A stretch of 64,000 nucleotides of DNA from Gekko japonicus (taxonomy: Eukaryota): contig NW_015166430.1 of the NCBI RefSeq assembly GCF_001447785.1, positions 261,595 through 325,594 of the forward strand, in the 5' to 3' direction. Shown one piece after another: positions 50,842 to 62,589 of the stretch. The translations under genes and the position numbers were made by a program. The notes beneath the pieces are model-generated. The model saw nothing but the letters and a program-made list of their open reading frames with translations. It was not told the origin of the DNA and searched no databases. Positions within the stretch are counted from its first letter, which is position 1; the number at the start of each line of letters is the position of its first letter.

Positions 50842-50943
50842 CTTGTCGATGGAAGCTTTGAGGAAATTATCCAGCAGTAGTCGTGCTTCAGCCAGAGAAC
50901 AGGAACTGATCACCACGGAGGTGTCAGTAGAATCTAGTTCTTC
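50842..50943 (-). CDS. KIF21B: KIF21B exon ([34 protein letters not shown])
   Basis: cctag|gaa acceptor, aag|gtaggc donor, 102 bp. Confidence 0.96.
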
Positions 50944-51108
50944 CTAGGAAGAAGAAAATACCCAGGGAGGAAGGCAAGGAAGAATGAAAAGGTCTGGAGA
51001 AGGACAGGAGTACTTTCTTCCCAAGATACTGGTTTGACTGCTGTATGCTCAGGGGGTAATTTCTTGGATTAGCTTGATTACTCAAGACGACTTGTGTTAC
51101 AGACGGCT

Positions 51109-51443
51109 AAAGGTAAAGGTTTCCTTTGCTCGAAAGCCAGGCGAATCTGACTCTAGGGGGCGGTACTCATCGTTTCCAAACCGAAGAGCCAGCGCTGTCT
51201 AAGACTTCTCCATGGTCATGTGGCCAGCATGACTAAATGCTGAGGCTGCGGCGCACGGAATGCCGTTACCTTCCCACCAAAGTGGTACCTATTAATCTAC
51301 TTGCAGTATCTTGCTTTTGAACTGCTAGGTTGACAGGAGCTGGGGCCAGAGACAGGAGCTCACTCTGTCGTGCGGCGCTAGGGTCTCAAACAGCCAAGCT
51401 ACAGATCTTCTGGTCTGCAACTCGGCATCTTAACCTCTGAGGC
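51109..51443 (-). mobile_element. Sauria SINE
   Basis: aaaggtaaaggt tail; colinear with the 32709 copy. Confidence 0.88.
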
Positions 51444-51464
51444 TCAACGGTCTACAGAGTACCA

Positions 51465-51933
51465 TTGAATCAATGCCTACAGCCGTGTTGGTCGGCCGTT
51501 ATAATAGAACACCCAAGGCACAGCGTTTATGTATCTGTGGCTCTTCTGCTATTGAGGATCTCTCCCATTACATTTTTGATTGCTCATTGTACTCCCAGCC
51601 TAGGTCAAAATTTTTATCTGGTATTTTATCAGTTTTAAGCTTTTATTCAGTCCCAGAGAAGATTATATTTTTGCTAGCCGATGCTAATGCCGATGTTTCC
51701 AATAGAATGGCTTTATTTGCCTTGGCTGCAAGGAAAATACGGGCCAACGCTGCTCCTAGCTAATACTGATTTTCGTGGGTATGTTGTGAATTAATTAACT
51801 GTTCATAACCTCGGTTTTATGGATTTATAATGTTGGACTGTATCTTATTTTATACAATTTTTACGTTTTATTGTGTTCTTCTCTGTCTGTGGTTTGTAAT
51901 GGCCTATGGCTAAATACAATAAAATCTTCTCTC
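51465..51933 (+). mobile_element. 5'-truncated non-LTR retrotransposon 3' end (RTE-X-like), C-terminal zinc knuckle
   Basis: ORF 51473..51763 GRY...RLCICG...EDLSHYIFDC; AATAAA and TC-rich tail; 14-bp TSD tctacagagtacca. Confidence 0.8.
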
Positions 51934-52370
51934 TCTACAGAGTACCAAATTCACATACAGTACTAAGTTATGACATGCATATCTAGTTATCCTATCTTTA
52001 AATAATGTCCAGTCCTACGGCATCCTCAAAGGGACATGAGATGTTAGCTGGCTAACATTTAAAGCAAAGTTCCAGGAAATTTCAGATTCACGGACTGTAT
52101 TTCAAGTGTCTTTTTTATACTTCCTTATCTTTAAAGAGAGACATGAAAAAGAGAGGAACAAGCCACTCAAAGCTGTACTGTTTTGAAAAGACGAGGCAAA
52201 ATTTTAATTTGCTAAATCCAGAAAATATAGATCAGGACTATAACGACTAAATGAAGCCCATTACATCCAAGCATCTAAACAAATGAGCCAGCTCAGTGCC
52301 TCTAACCCAGCCTCCAAAACTTTAGTATGCTGCCCTTCAAAACTGCTCACTGTGCACAGACATGGCCCAC

Positions 52371-52565
52371 CTTGGTCTCCTCAATCTGCATGATGGTGGC
52401 TTGGCAGTCTGAAATGCTGTCATTGATGTAGTCAATGTTGGCTGCCAGCACCTCAATCTCCTCATTCAGCTCCTGAAGTCCCTTCTGCTCTTCAGGGCTC
52501 TCTGCCTGCAGTTTCTCTCTCTTCCCCAGAAGCATTTCTTGCATCAGTGACAATTCCTCACGTTT
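52371..52565 (-). CDS. KIF21B: KIF21B exon ([10 protein letters not shown]...[23 protein letters not shown])
   Basis: ttcag|aaa acceptor, aag|gtgggc donor, 195 bp. Confidence 0.96.
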
Positions 52566-52673
52566 CTGAAATGGAAAGAAAACACATGGAATTTTTATCC
52601 TCAGCCAGTGTTGTGTGAATAACTATCTAAGCTCCATTAGGAGTTGCAACAGGAGGCAACAAGTTTATTTCAC

Positions 52674-52821
52674 CTTGATGAGCCGTTCCATATCTGATTC
52701 CAGATTGATGACAGTCATCCTCTGCATGACAATATCAAAGACACGCCGCTCCAGTGACTGCCACTTCAGGCGGGCTGTCTTGCTGAAGGTATGGGTTGTC
52801 CCTTTCTTTGCAAACTTCTTT
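52674..52821 (-). CDS. KIF21B: KIF21B exon (KKFAKKG...[34 protein letters not shown]), autoinhibitory coiled-coil region
   Basis: tgtag|a acceptor, aag|gtgaaa donor. Confidence 0.96.
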
Positions 52822-52939
52822 CTACAGAAGGAAATCAGGCAGTAATCAGAACCAAACACCATAAACACCCTGGGTTATGTCATTCCAAGCACTGCTGGTG
52901 CATAGAAATGGGACCAAGAGCACCACTGAACACTACAAA

Positions 52940-53830
52940 TCACCACCACCACCACCGGATTTATATCCCGCCCTCCCTGTAAGCCGTCTCAGGGTGGGTC
53001 ACAACAGTTAAAATACAAACATAGCAGTAAATCCAAATACAAGTACAAATTCATACAAAGTTAAAATTCCTAAACACAGCAAGAAATGGCAGAAAATTTC
53101 AGTTTCCAGTATCCACAGGCACCTCCGGTGCTGGGCATATGCTGACAAGGATAAAGACCCACTCGACAGATGCCATGGCGCTTTCTAGAAAGGGCAGTTC
53201 ACCTGTGCAGTATACGCAGGGGAGGCCGAAGTATTTAGACATCTGCTGCCTCAACCAAAGGCCTGGCAGAACAGCTCCATTTTACAGGCCCTGCGGAATT
53301 GCATTAAATCCTCCAGGGTCCTGATCTCCAGTGGGAACATGTTCCACTAGGCTGGAGCCAGGGCGGGAAATGCCTTGGCCCTGGTTGAGACTAAGCAGAC
53401 ATCTATCGGGCCTGGAACTACCAGCAGATGTTGCTCAGAAGAGCGCAAGGCTCTACGGGGCACATGAGGGAAGAGGTGGGCCAGCAGATATGTCAGTCCC
53501 AGGCTGCATAGGGCTTTACCATAACCTTGAACCAAATCCAGTACTCAGTTGGCAGCCAGTGCAATTGGCATAACACCAACTGAATGTGCACCCACACAGA
53601 CATTGCAGTCAACAGGCATGCTGCTGCATTTTGCACTAGCTGCAGTATTCGGGTCAGATTCAAGGGTGGCCCTGCATAGAGCATGTTACAGTAATCTAAC
53701 CGGGAAGAGACCATTACATGGGTCGCTGTAGCTAAGTCCTGGGTGGAAAGATAGGGAACCAGCTGAAGATGGTAAAAGGTCGATCAGACAGTCATGTTGA
53801 CCTGGGCCTCCATGGAGAGGCATTCAGGAC
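52940..53830 (-). mobile_element. L2-clade LINE 3' fragment
   Basis: SRLDYCN...LQLVQNAAA.LLT...LHWLP (ORF 53493..53714), then 3'UTR and tail. Confidence 0.85.
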
Positions 53831-54035
53831 CACCCCCAGGCTCTTCACTCTCGGGGCCAGGAACAACGGCGCCCTGCCAAAAGTTGGGAGCCTTAAAGGA
53901 AGGCACAGAAAATAATACACAGAAGCCAATCACCTGCATGACTTCACCTGAAGGAACTTATTTCCTTCTACCCAAGGTGCTTTTATATACTCTTCCTAGA
54001 CTTCTCTAAATGTTGACCAGACTGGTAAATCTCAC

Positions 54036-54265
54036 CTGATGGTCCGAGTCCCATTTGTGGAAGGAGGAGAATCTCCCAGGAAGGTGTTGATTTTCCGATT
54101 CCACTGCCGCACAATGCTGGATACAGAACGAGAACCAGATTCTGGTTCAGAGGAGGTGGTGCTGGTGGAGGCTTCAGCACCTGAGTCCAGCATGGCTGAC
54201 TTCTGGTTCATCCTCCCGGCAACTCGGTCAGACACAGGTTTGGTCATACGGCGCAGAGCAGAAAC
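54036..54265 (-). CDS. KIF21B: KIF21B exon ([17 protein letters not shown]...[14 protein letters not shown]...TRTI)
   Basis: tctag|gtt acceptor, ag|gtgaga donor. Confidence 0.95.
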
Positions 54266-54930
54266 CTAGATAATGACAAGAAGCAGTCTTGAAGAATGGA
54301 AACATAGGGTTGGCATAAGAAACCAAGCAATTGGATCTTTACTCATTCTTCCATATCTACTGCAGTCCAAGCTCACAGTGTCAAGGCTCTTAAAGCCACT
54401 TGACTTTAAGAAGAAACTCCTTTATAAAATGTCTACAGAATTGGGTCTAAAAAACAGGTGAGGTTCCCCATAGACCTAGACAAATGCATCACAGAATGCC
54501 ATACAAAATGTCAAAAGACAATACTTGCATACAAGCTTAAGTCTTCTTTTCCAAAAAAGAATCAGATTGGGAACCATGCATTAAGCAAGGCTTGATGTAG
54601 TAGGGATGGTGCCCAGTTTGCTGGGAAGAAGCACCTGAACTGCTTTGGAAAAACAGAAGCTGAGCTCCAGAATTACATTTGCATGCCAGATAATACCGAT
54701 TCCAACCTCTGTTGCTTTGTGCAGAATCTCGAGTGACTCTTGAGGAGCAGTAGAGATGCTCCTTGCTTGGTTTATTAAAGCCTCTGGTCTATTCATAAAT
54801 GATAAAACCAAGCATACCCAAAGAATCCACTTGGGTTTTTGGGTTACAGGGAGAGATCTGGAATGCAGATTACAGATTTTGCAGAGGCACAGTATTAGTC
54901 TTCCCCATGGACAGTAACACTGCCACTCAC

Positions 54931-54999
54931 CTCTTGGGTCTTCCTGCGCAGTACGATCTCCTGCTGCCGTTTCTGAGATTCTAGGGTTCGAATCTGAAA
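54931..54999 (-). CDS. KIF21B: KIF21B exon ([23 protein letters not shown])
   Basis: ctgcag|ttt acceptor, gag|gtgagt donor, 69 bp. Confidence 0.95.
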
Positions 55000-55179
55000 C
55001 TGCAGGCACAGTGAGAAGAAAGAAGACTACTTAATAACAAAAGCCCAAGATGGGCAGAAACAGTCAGAGGACTTTTATGAATGTAGCCCAGTGGCAGCAA
55101 TATCAGATGTACTCCATGCATTTAAATTTATATAAATGTAAAGGCAAACAGGAAAGATTACAAAATGAACTTAGAGAGA

Positions 55180-55535
55180 GATCAGGGCCCCGCGAGACCT
55201 TTTACAGTTCCGCAGGGCCTGTAAAATGAAGCTCTTCCACCAGGCCGTCAGGTAAGGAGCCACACCTAACTATCTAAGACCCTGTGCCCGATATCATCAT
55301 CATCCAGCCTGAGCATGCTGATAGGGAAATCAACTGCTGACGGTATGTTTATTACATATGCTGCTACTGTTGTACCGCCATCACCATACAAATTGTTTTT
55401 AGTAACCATGTTGTGTTTTATGCAGATATTTATATTGTTGTTTTATCCGTTGCAATATTTATGTAAGCTGCCCTGAGCCTACCTTGAAGGGGAGGGCAGG
55501 ATACAAATCAAATCAATCAATCAATAAAATAAAAT
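55180..55535 (+). mobile_element. L2-clade LINE extreme 3' end
   Basis: ttccgcagggcctgtaaaatgaagctcttccaccaggc...gtaagctgccctgagcc...(AATC)n tail. Confidence 0.6.
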
Positions 55536-55939
55536 CCATTCCAAACAAGGGATCTAAATGATTTGGTTCTACATTCTTCTCTAAAGTAGGCTTCTTGCTC
55601 CTGAAGATGTCTACCCAACTGTTCCTGAAATCCTCCAGGACTAAACTCCACAATCTTTCTCAGCAGCACATTCTAACTCCAAATATCTCATACAAGTGTT
55701 TCCCAATATTCAGACCTCTTTCAATCTATTATTTATAAAATTGGCTCTTGTTTTCTTCTCAGCAAACACAACCAACAATAATTCTCTTTTTTCTCTCGGA
55801 CACTCTTAATAGCAATTCTCAAGCATCCACTTTTATTCTCTTCTATGTAGCTTTATTATCTCAAAATGCCCCTTGCCCCACCGCAAATGCCCATTACAGG
55901 CTTATGTTGGAGGATCCATGGAACCAGCTCAGTTATCCA

Positions 55940-57140
55940 TCTATATATATATAAAAAAGAAAGTCCCCTCACCATAAAATCAACGCCCAGGCCAAACCCT
56001 CGGACCTAGAAACATGAAATTCAGGGAGAGCACTCCTACCATGACGTAGATGCTCACTAAGAAGGGATTTTTAGAAATTTGACCCCTAGGGGGGTCAAAA
56101 GGGGTAAACTGTCCTCCCCCCATTGTTTCCTATATGGCTACCAGACTGCGGCCTCCTTGCACCCCCGATCTCTCTGATTGGTCAGCTGCAAAGCTCAGTG
56201 TTCTGAGGTAAAAAAAAAACAGTTACAGGAGACTGCAGAGAGCTAATGACAGTTGAGGAAATCAGGAATGGCCAACCACCTGTGAGGTGCAGCAATGCTG
56301 CTGGCCCAGCCTCCCCCATGACTTCAAACACGCTCCCCCTACCTCCTACACCTGACAGGCGGCTATCTGTCAGGTGCAGCAGCAGGTGCAGGTTGCTTAA
56401 AGCCATCATGGAGTCTGCCCCAGCAGTAACGCCTTAGCAATCCTGCCGGCTCAGCCTCCACAATGGCTCGCAATACCACTCCCCTCCCTTCCTACACTGG
56501 ACAGGCAGCTGCCTGTCAGGTGTAGGAGAGGGGGGTGGGATGCTTACAGCCATCAGGGAGGCTTGCTCAACAGGATTGCCTTAGCACTGCTGCTGGCCCA
56601 GCCTCCCTGATGCCTTTAAACACACTCCCCCCACACACACCAGACAGGCAATGCAGCTGGGCCAGCCTCCCCAAAGGCTTTAGACACACTCCCACCTACC
56701 CCTCCATCAACTGAGCCCGCTCGCGGGGTAGGGCGGGGTAGAAATACCTGAATAAATAAATAAATAATAAATAAAAACTGACAGGCGGTTGTCTGTCAGG
56801 TGCAGGAGCAGGGGCAAAACATTTAAAGCCATCAGGGAGGCTGCCCAAGCAGCACTGCCTTAGCAGTCCTGCTGGTGCAGCCTCTCTGATGCCTTCAAAC
56901 ACGCTACCCCTCCTACACCTGACAGACAAATGCCTATCAAGGGTTGGAAGGGGCGTGTAGTCCTTAAAGCCATCAGGGAGGCTTGCTCAGCAGGATTGTC
57001 TTAGCACTGCTGCTGGCCCAGCCTCCCCGATGCCTTTAAACACACAAACACCCTTATACCAGACAGGCGGGTGTTTGTCAGGTGTAGGAGCAGGGCAGGG
57101 TACTTTAATCCATCAGGGAGGCTACCCCAGCAGGATAACC
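55940..57140 (+). mobile_element. Probable non-autonomous Helitron (5' end plus internal tandem array; no 3' CTAG terminus found)
   Basis: A|TCTATATATATATAAAA terminus followed by atcaacgcccag..aaacc..ctagaaacatgaaatt..atgacgtag..ctaagaagggattttt..acccctaggggg. Confidence 0.6.
56270..57140. repeat. Tandem array of ~141-148-bp units (~6 copies), each with internal inverted repeats
   Basis: aaagccatcagggaggc-like motif at ~56399, 56547, 56825, 56966, 57106; palindrome cctacac..gacaggc/gcctgtc..gtgtagg in each unit. Confidence 0.85.
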
Positions 57141-58222
57141 TATGACTATCAACAACTCCCAAGACTTAACAGATGACTGCTCCTCACATGGGCAGTTCTA
57201 TGTGGCCTGCTTCAGAGTGAGCTCACTAAGCAGCCTGGTAATCCTAGCATCTGAGGGTAGAACCACCAATGTGATCTATTCAGTAGAGAAAAACAAACAG
57301 AACGTATGTCTCACTTCATTTTTTACACTATAATCTTCTCCATTAGAATTCCTACAACAAATGTTACATTTCAAACTCCAGATCATCAGTATTATAACTG
57401 GATTTATGGAACTTAATTACCGTAGTGAAGCATGGGTATCAGGCTGGTACCCAATAGCAAACATAGTTGTATACGGGATGGTCCACTGTCTGAAGTGATC
57501 ATAGGCAACACTAGAGGGCACTGTTTAGTGCTGCAGTGGCTGGAAGCAAAGCTTACCCTTGTTGTTGTTATTGGACTGGAAGTTAGGGCTAGTGGTTTAG
57601 CCCATTGTTGTCACTGACCAAGTTAACAGAGACATACAAAGTCAGTAGGAGTTATTGGTCTGTATCCTACCATTTGGTTCAGTGAAACTTGATAAGTTCC
57701 TCTAGCCCAAGTAGCCTTCCTCCAACTTAACTGCCTCCCCCTCCTCTGCCAGAAGAGCAACATAATCTGAGAGAATTCTCCTTATGCTGAAAGAAGGCTT
57801 CAGTCTTTGTTGAATTACATGGTAGGATACATGCCATTGTAAGAAGAGCACCAAGACTGACAGCAAATCTGGGGTAATACAGAACACAGATCTGGGGAAA
57901 CATGTTTGCACTTTATATTTCTCCTGCTGTTCAGCTATGCTTGCCTTTGTGTCATTAATGGCTAATGGAAATCCTTGCACTCCCTTTCTGTGACTGTCCT
58001 GGATGGCTGTCAGACGGGACTGTCACTGAGACCTCCTGATAGATCCTTAGAGAACCTAACATCCAGTATGGATGTTTGCTTTGCTTTGACAGGCCTAATA
58101 CCATGTTATTTCATTTCCTTTCCATGCCTAAAACCGCTTGATAACAGTTCACTTAATGAGGGTAGTTATACTAGAACTACACTGTTTAAAGAATATTTCC
58201 AGGGCAGCCTAGAGTTACCAAC

Positions 58223-58471
58223 TAGGGTTGCCAGGCGGTGCCTGGCAGAAATGACACAGGTAACTCTAAAAGTTGCTGGAAACTCTGTGGTAAAACCACA
58301 GAGTTTCTGGTGACTCCTAGAGCTACTTTATGTCACTTTTGGTATTTTTACCAGAAACAATGTTATGCCAAAATTGGAGTTGCAGTTAAAAAAAAAATTC
58401 TCCCAGGCAAAGGTGGTGGTGGGCAACAGGAATAAGGGGCAGGGGATCCCCCTTGGGGCTTGACAGCCCTA
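58223..58471. mobile_element. hAT (Blackjack-like) MITE
   Basis: tagggttgcca ... tgacagcccta; near-TSD ttaccaac/ctaccaag. Confidence 0.65.
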
Positions 58472-58574
58472 CTACCAAGCTCAAGGTGAGGCCTGGAATT
58501 CTTCCGAAATAACGGTAGACTTGAGAAATAAGTCCCTTTCCCAGTGAGCCAAAGTTTTTGCTAATCTCACTAGA

Positions 58575-58850
58575 AAAAGAAGAAGAAGAGATTGGATTTA
58601 TACCCCGCTCTTCACTACCCAAAGGTGTCTCAGAGCGGCTTACAAACTCCTTTCCCTTCCCCTCCCCACAACAGACACCCTGTGAGGTAGGTGGGGCTGA
58701 GAGAACTCTGACACAAACTGCTCTTTTTCAAGGACAGCTGTGCCAGAGCTTGTGACTGACCCAAGGTCACATCAGCAGGTGCAAGTGGAGGAGTGGGGAA
58801 TCAAACCCGGTTCTCCCAGATTAGAGTCCGCACACTTAACCACTACATCC
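58575..58850 (-). mobile_element. Squam3-like SINE
   Basis: Reverse complement of the 15062 copy. Confidence 0.85.
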
Positions 58851-58888
58851 TAAAGCATGAACACGCCCCAAATGGAGCCCTTACCTAC

Positions 58889-58996
58889 CTCCTGTCTGCG
58901 CTGCTCCTTCTTCAGCTGGGCAATCTCCCGGTTTCTCTTGGTCTCTGCCAGTCTCCGCCTCTGCTGCTCCTCACGCATTTGTTTCATCAAAGCCAC
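58889..58996 (-). CDS. KIF21B: KIF21B exon ([36 protein letters not shown])
   Basis: ctgcag|gtg acceptor, gag|gtaggt donor, 108 bp. Confidence 0.96.
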
Positions 58997-59144
58997 CTGC
59001 AGACAGAATCACCAGCTGACACAGTCAGAGATTATCTGAGCCCCATAGCCATGCAGATTATCTGAGCCCAATAGCCATGCAGAGACTCCATAACTAACTG
59101 GGGATGTAAACTTGTTTCTGGGTCCAATTCAAGCTGCTGAGTTT

Positions 59145-59600
59145 TTACCTTTAAAGCCCTACACAGCTTGAACCCAACATTTCTGATGGATGAATTCCAG
59201 CCATGTAATCAGCCTGGATTTTGAACTTGGTTGCGCTCTGCTGCAGGAGGTTGGGATGTCAGACGTAAAGTTAGTACCACCACCACAGTAGAGACTTTTC
59301 AGCTGCTCCCCTCCTGTTTCGGAACTCCTGCCACTTGCAGGTACAGTTAGCACCATCCCTTTTAGCATAATTTAAAGACATGTTTATTCCAGGAGGCCTC
59401 TGGAAGACACTGGTTAGCTTGTTTTATTGCTCAGAGGGCTTTTACAGCACTCTTGATATTTTCCACCTTTATTATGGATGGTATTGATATGTTCACTAAT
59501 TGATGTGTTCTTATTTCTTCGAGTTTATATAATGGCTGACTTTTATTGATTGTTTTTATTTGTTATTATTGAAAGCCACCTTGAAGAAGAAAGGAGGGAG
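59145..59600 (+). mobile_element. Degenerate L2-clade LINE 3' fragment
   Basis: acctttaaagccctac...tggaactcc-like...aagccaccttga; similar to the 34080 fragment. Confidence 0.5.
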
Positions 59601-60011
59601 GTCTAGATCAAATCAACAAAATGGTTTAGTCCAAGTACACAAAAGTACAGAGTAGTAGCAGATATGGCGCTGGGACTGAATGGGAAAGATGCCAATTAAA
59701 GTCCTTGCCCAGTTGCAAAGTTGACTGACTAGTTTAGGGCAAATTACTGGCTTTCACCATAACCAACCCCCCTAGAGCTGTTATCAAGATAAAATGAGAT
59801 ATGGTTATCCCTTCAGAAACCTTGGAAAAGAACACAACAGAAAAGAACGTGTTCATACTTGATCATGTTATCTTATTCAGTAAAAGTTCTTTGTCACTAA
59901 CACCTTCTTTGCCTCTAGCTTGGAGTCCATGGAGTGAGACTTTAAGTGCCCAGGCAGAAATCCCCGTTATTCCACCTGTCCCAGCTTCTCCATTTGCCCC
60001 AGTTAAATTAC

Positions 60012-60211
60012 CTTGGCTTTCTTCATCTCTGCCACTTCTGCATGCAGCTTCTTCAACTCTCGTTCATAACGAGACTGGTTCTTGAGGAGGCGGGCATGCT
60101 CCTTCTGGGCTGCCTGCAACTTCTGCAAGTCCCTATTCATCTCCCTCAGACGCTTCTCATAGTCTGCTTTGATCTTGTTGGCTTTCTCTTCTGTGTAGCA
60201 TTCCATGGTAC
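60012..60211 (-). CDS. KIF21B: KIF21B exon ([22 protein letters not shown]...EMKKAK)
   Basis: cctcag|gt acceptor, aag|gtaatt donor. Confidence 0.96.
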
Positions 60212-60619
60212 CTGAGGAAAAGGAGAAAGGAACAGAGAAAGTGATGTAGCTCTTTGTATTCAGTGCCAGTGTTAACTGAAGCGAGAGGGCCCATTATTGG
60301 GTTTAATTTTCCTACTAGGATCTTTAAGACATTTGAATCATTTATTTATTTAAATATTTGAATAATTTATTTGAACGTGAATTATTTATTTATTTAAATA
60401 TTTATAGCCAACCTTTCTCTTGTGCCTCCGGGCATCTTACAATTCTAAAATAAAATTATGAATAATATAATAACATCTCCTCCAAGAAAACACCATTAAA
60501 AGCCCTAGCAAATAAAGCAGCTTTACAGTGCCTCCTAGAACATTCCAAGGACAGTACTCCTCTCCCATCCTCAGGGAGCCCATCCCACAAAGTGGAAACC
60601 ACTGTTGAAAAGGCCCATG

Positions 60620-61063
60620 GGCCCCAGTCACACGGGAGGTTTAGGGCCGGAAGAGGGACGGATCGGGGGTGCAGCAAACTGGCGCAATTCCACCACAACA
60701 TCTGGGAAGCATTGCGTACCCGTCCCCAATCCGGCCCTTCAGGCCGAAAATCCGTAGTTAAAAGAAACCACCTACAGATGTGGACTTACCAGAAAGGCCG
60801 CATCAAGCGCGGCCGTGGGATCGCTGGCACGTCTTTCTGCTGGCGCATCCGAGGCTCTTGGCCGAACTGCACATGCGCACACATGCGCAGCCGGCTGTCT
60901 CGGTCTCCGGTCGGTGGCTTCCTCCCCGACATCTGATCGTGCCAGGGAGCAACGGTGCGGCGGCTCAGGGGATCTATGTGATCCTGCCGCCACGTGTTTC
61001 TTTTGGTGCGGCTCTGAATAGCCGCACTTTGCCCGTGTTTTTTTCTTCCATGTGGCAGGGACC
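60620..61063. mobile_element. CpG-rich MITE, subfamily B, nested in a - strand L2 remnant (~60385-61170)
   Basis: ggccccagtcacacg ... catgtggcagggacc; TSD atg/atg. Confidence 0.8.
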
Positions 61064-61769
61064 ATGCTCTGATAGGTGCCAAATGGACAACCATGAGCAG
61101 GGGAGCAACCTGAAGGTGGCAGCCAGAGAAAGAAGCAGGGAACGCTGAAGCACCCAAGCTCACTGCAGCCTCATAAGAATACATGGAAGTCCACTAGCGA
61201 CAACTTTGCCTCCTTATTCGGACATGAGGATAGTTATACCACATGTTTTGGGTAGCTAAACATACAATCCTAAATTACTGGAAATCTCAAATTCAGCAGA
61301 GTATATGGCTGGCTGGCTGATACTAAGTTGTGATTTGTATGTTCAGGAGGAAATCTTGTACTACCACAGAAGGCAAACTGGGTATCTTCTGGTTAAATGT
61401 TCTCCTGTGTCAAATACTCTCTGCTCGTTTGGGAAGTACCTAGGACATGAGAGGGAATAATTGAGGGCTAGACGTTTCCCTAGTACGACTGTTTTATGTG
61501 TGAAGAGAGTTCTTACACGGGGAAAGCATTCAGAAATGTAGGCCCCCTCCCAATTTGGAAAAAGTCCAGGAAGATATTGCTGTGTACTTTCTCTGAACAC
61601 AAAGCTCATCTCTCAGCCACAACAGAGGTCTCTGTATACAAGAAAACAAAAATGTATGCTGCTGAAGTGAACTGGATCTCATCCAGATATGATACACACA
61701 GCTGGCATAACTCTGGAAACTGGTTTACTAGTTGCTTGTATCTTTGTGTGACTCGTTTTACATTAAGAA

Positions 61770-62040
61770 GAGAAGAAGAAGAGATTGGATTTATACCCCG
61801 CCCTTCACTCAGAGTCTCAGAGCAGCTTACAATCTCCTTTCCCTTCCCCTCCCGACAACAGACACCCTGTGAGGTAGGTGGGGCTGAGAGAGCTCTTTCA
61901 AGAATTGCTCTTGAGAAAACAGCTTTGAAAGAACTTGTGACTGACCCAAGGTCACACCAGCAGCTGTATGTGGAGGAGTGGAGAATCAAACCCGGTTCTC
62001 CCAGATTAGAGTCCGCATGCTTAACCACTACACCAAACTT
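61770..62040 (-). mobile_element. Squam3-like SINE
   Basis: Reverse complement of the 15062 copy. Confidence 0.85.
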
Positions 62041-62270
62041 GCATCTTCCAAGAGTATGAGAAAAGAAACACCTTTGACAAAACCCAGCTGCTGTTCAGGT
62101 GAAAGAAGTATTACTCACAGGTTTTGAGGATTTGAATCAACCTCTCTATGCCTAGATCATGGCCTTGAAAGGGAAATGAGGCCCCCCCACTGCCTCTTAG
62201 GTATGGGTCATTGCATATACATGCTCTCAACCTGTCAAAGCCCAGTTTTCCCTAAGCAGCATGCCCTTAC

Positions 62271-62462
62271 TGAGGTTCTGCAGGACCCTGTCCCTCTCTA
62301 ATTGGGTGTCACGGATCTTGTTCTGCAGCAGAATCAGCTTCTCCTCATATTGATGTTTAAGGGTCTGTAGGCGCCGTTGGCTGTTCTCCAACTCATCTAT
62401 CAGCTTCTGCTTGATCTCGATCTCACAAGTCAGGTCAGCCAGGTCAGCTTGGAAATTTGCTG
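62271..62462 (-). CDS. KIF21B: KIF21B exon ([30 protein letters not shown]...VLQNL)
   Basis: tag|cag tandem acceptor (alternative start 62459), a|gtaagg donor; ORF 62227..62517. Confidence 0.95.
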
Positions 62463-62589
62463 CTACAAAAAGAGAGACAAACTTCACCATCATGAGGAGA
62501 ATGGCATCTACATTCATTGCAGCTCCCGTTGAAACTGAAGGCAGAAGGGTCGTTTATAGTACTGACTGGGAAGAAAGGAGGCCTAGTGT

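Noticed and set aside
56270-57140. Palindromic repeats at regular spacing, superficially CRISPR-like
   Set aside because: Vertebrate intron, the intervening sequence is itself repeated (no unique spacers), and there are no cas genes.
59029-59080. 26-bp tandem duplication near a KIF21B acceptor
   Set aside because: Real, but an ordinary slippage event upstream of the likely branch point with no predicted effect.
61496-62059. 187-aa ORF with a peptide (EEEIGFIPR...QQTPCEVGGAER) recurring elsewhere in the window
   Set aside because: It is a translation of Squam3-like SINE copies, not a gene family.
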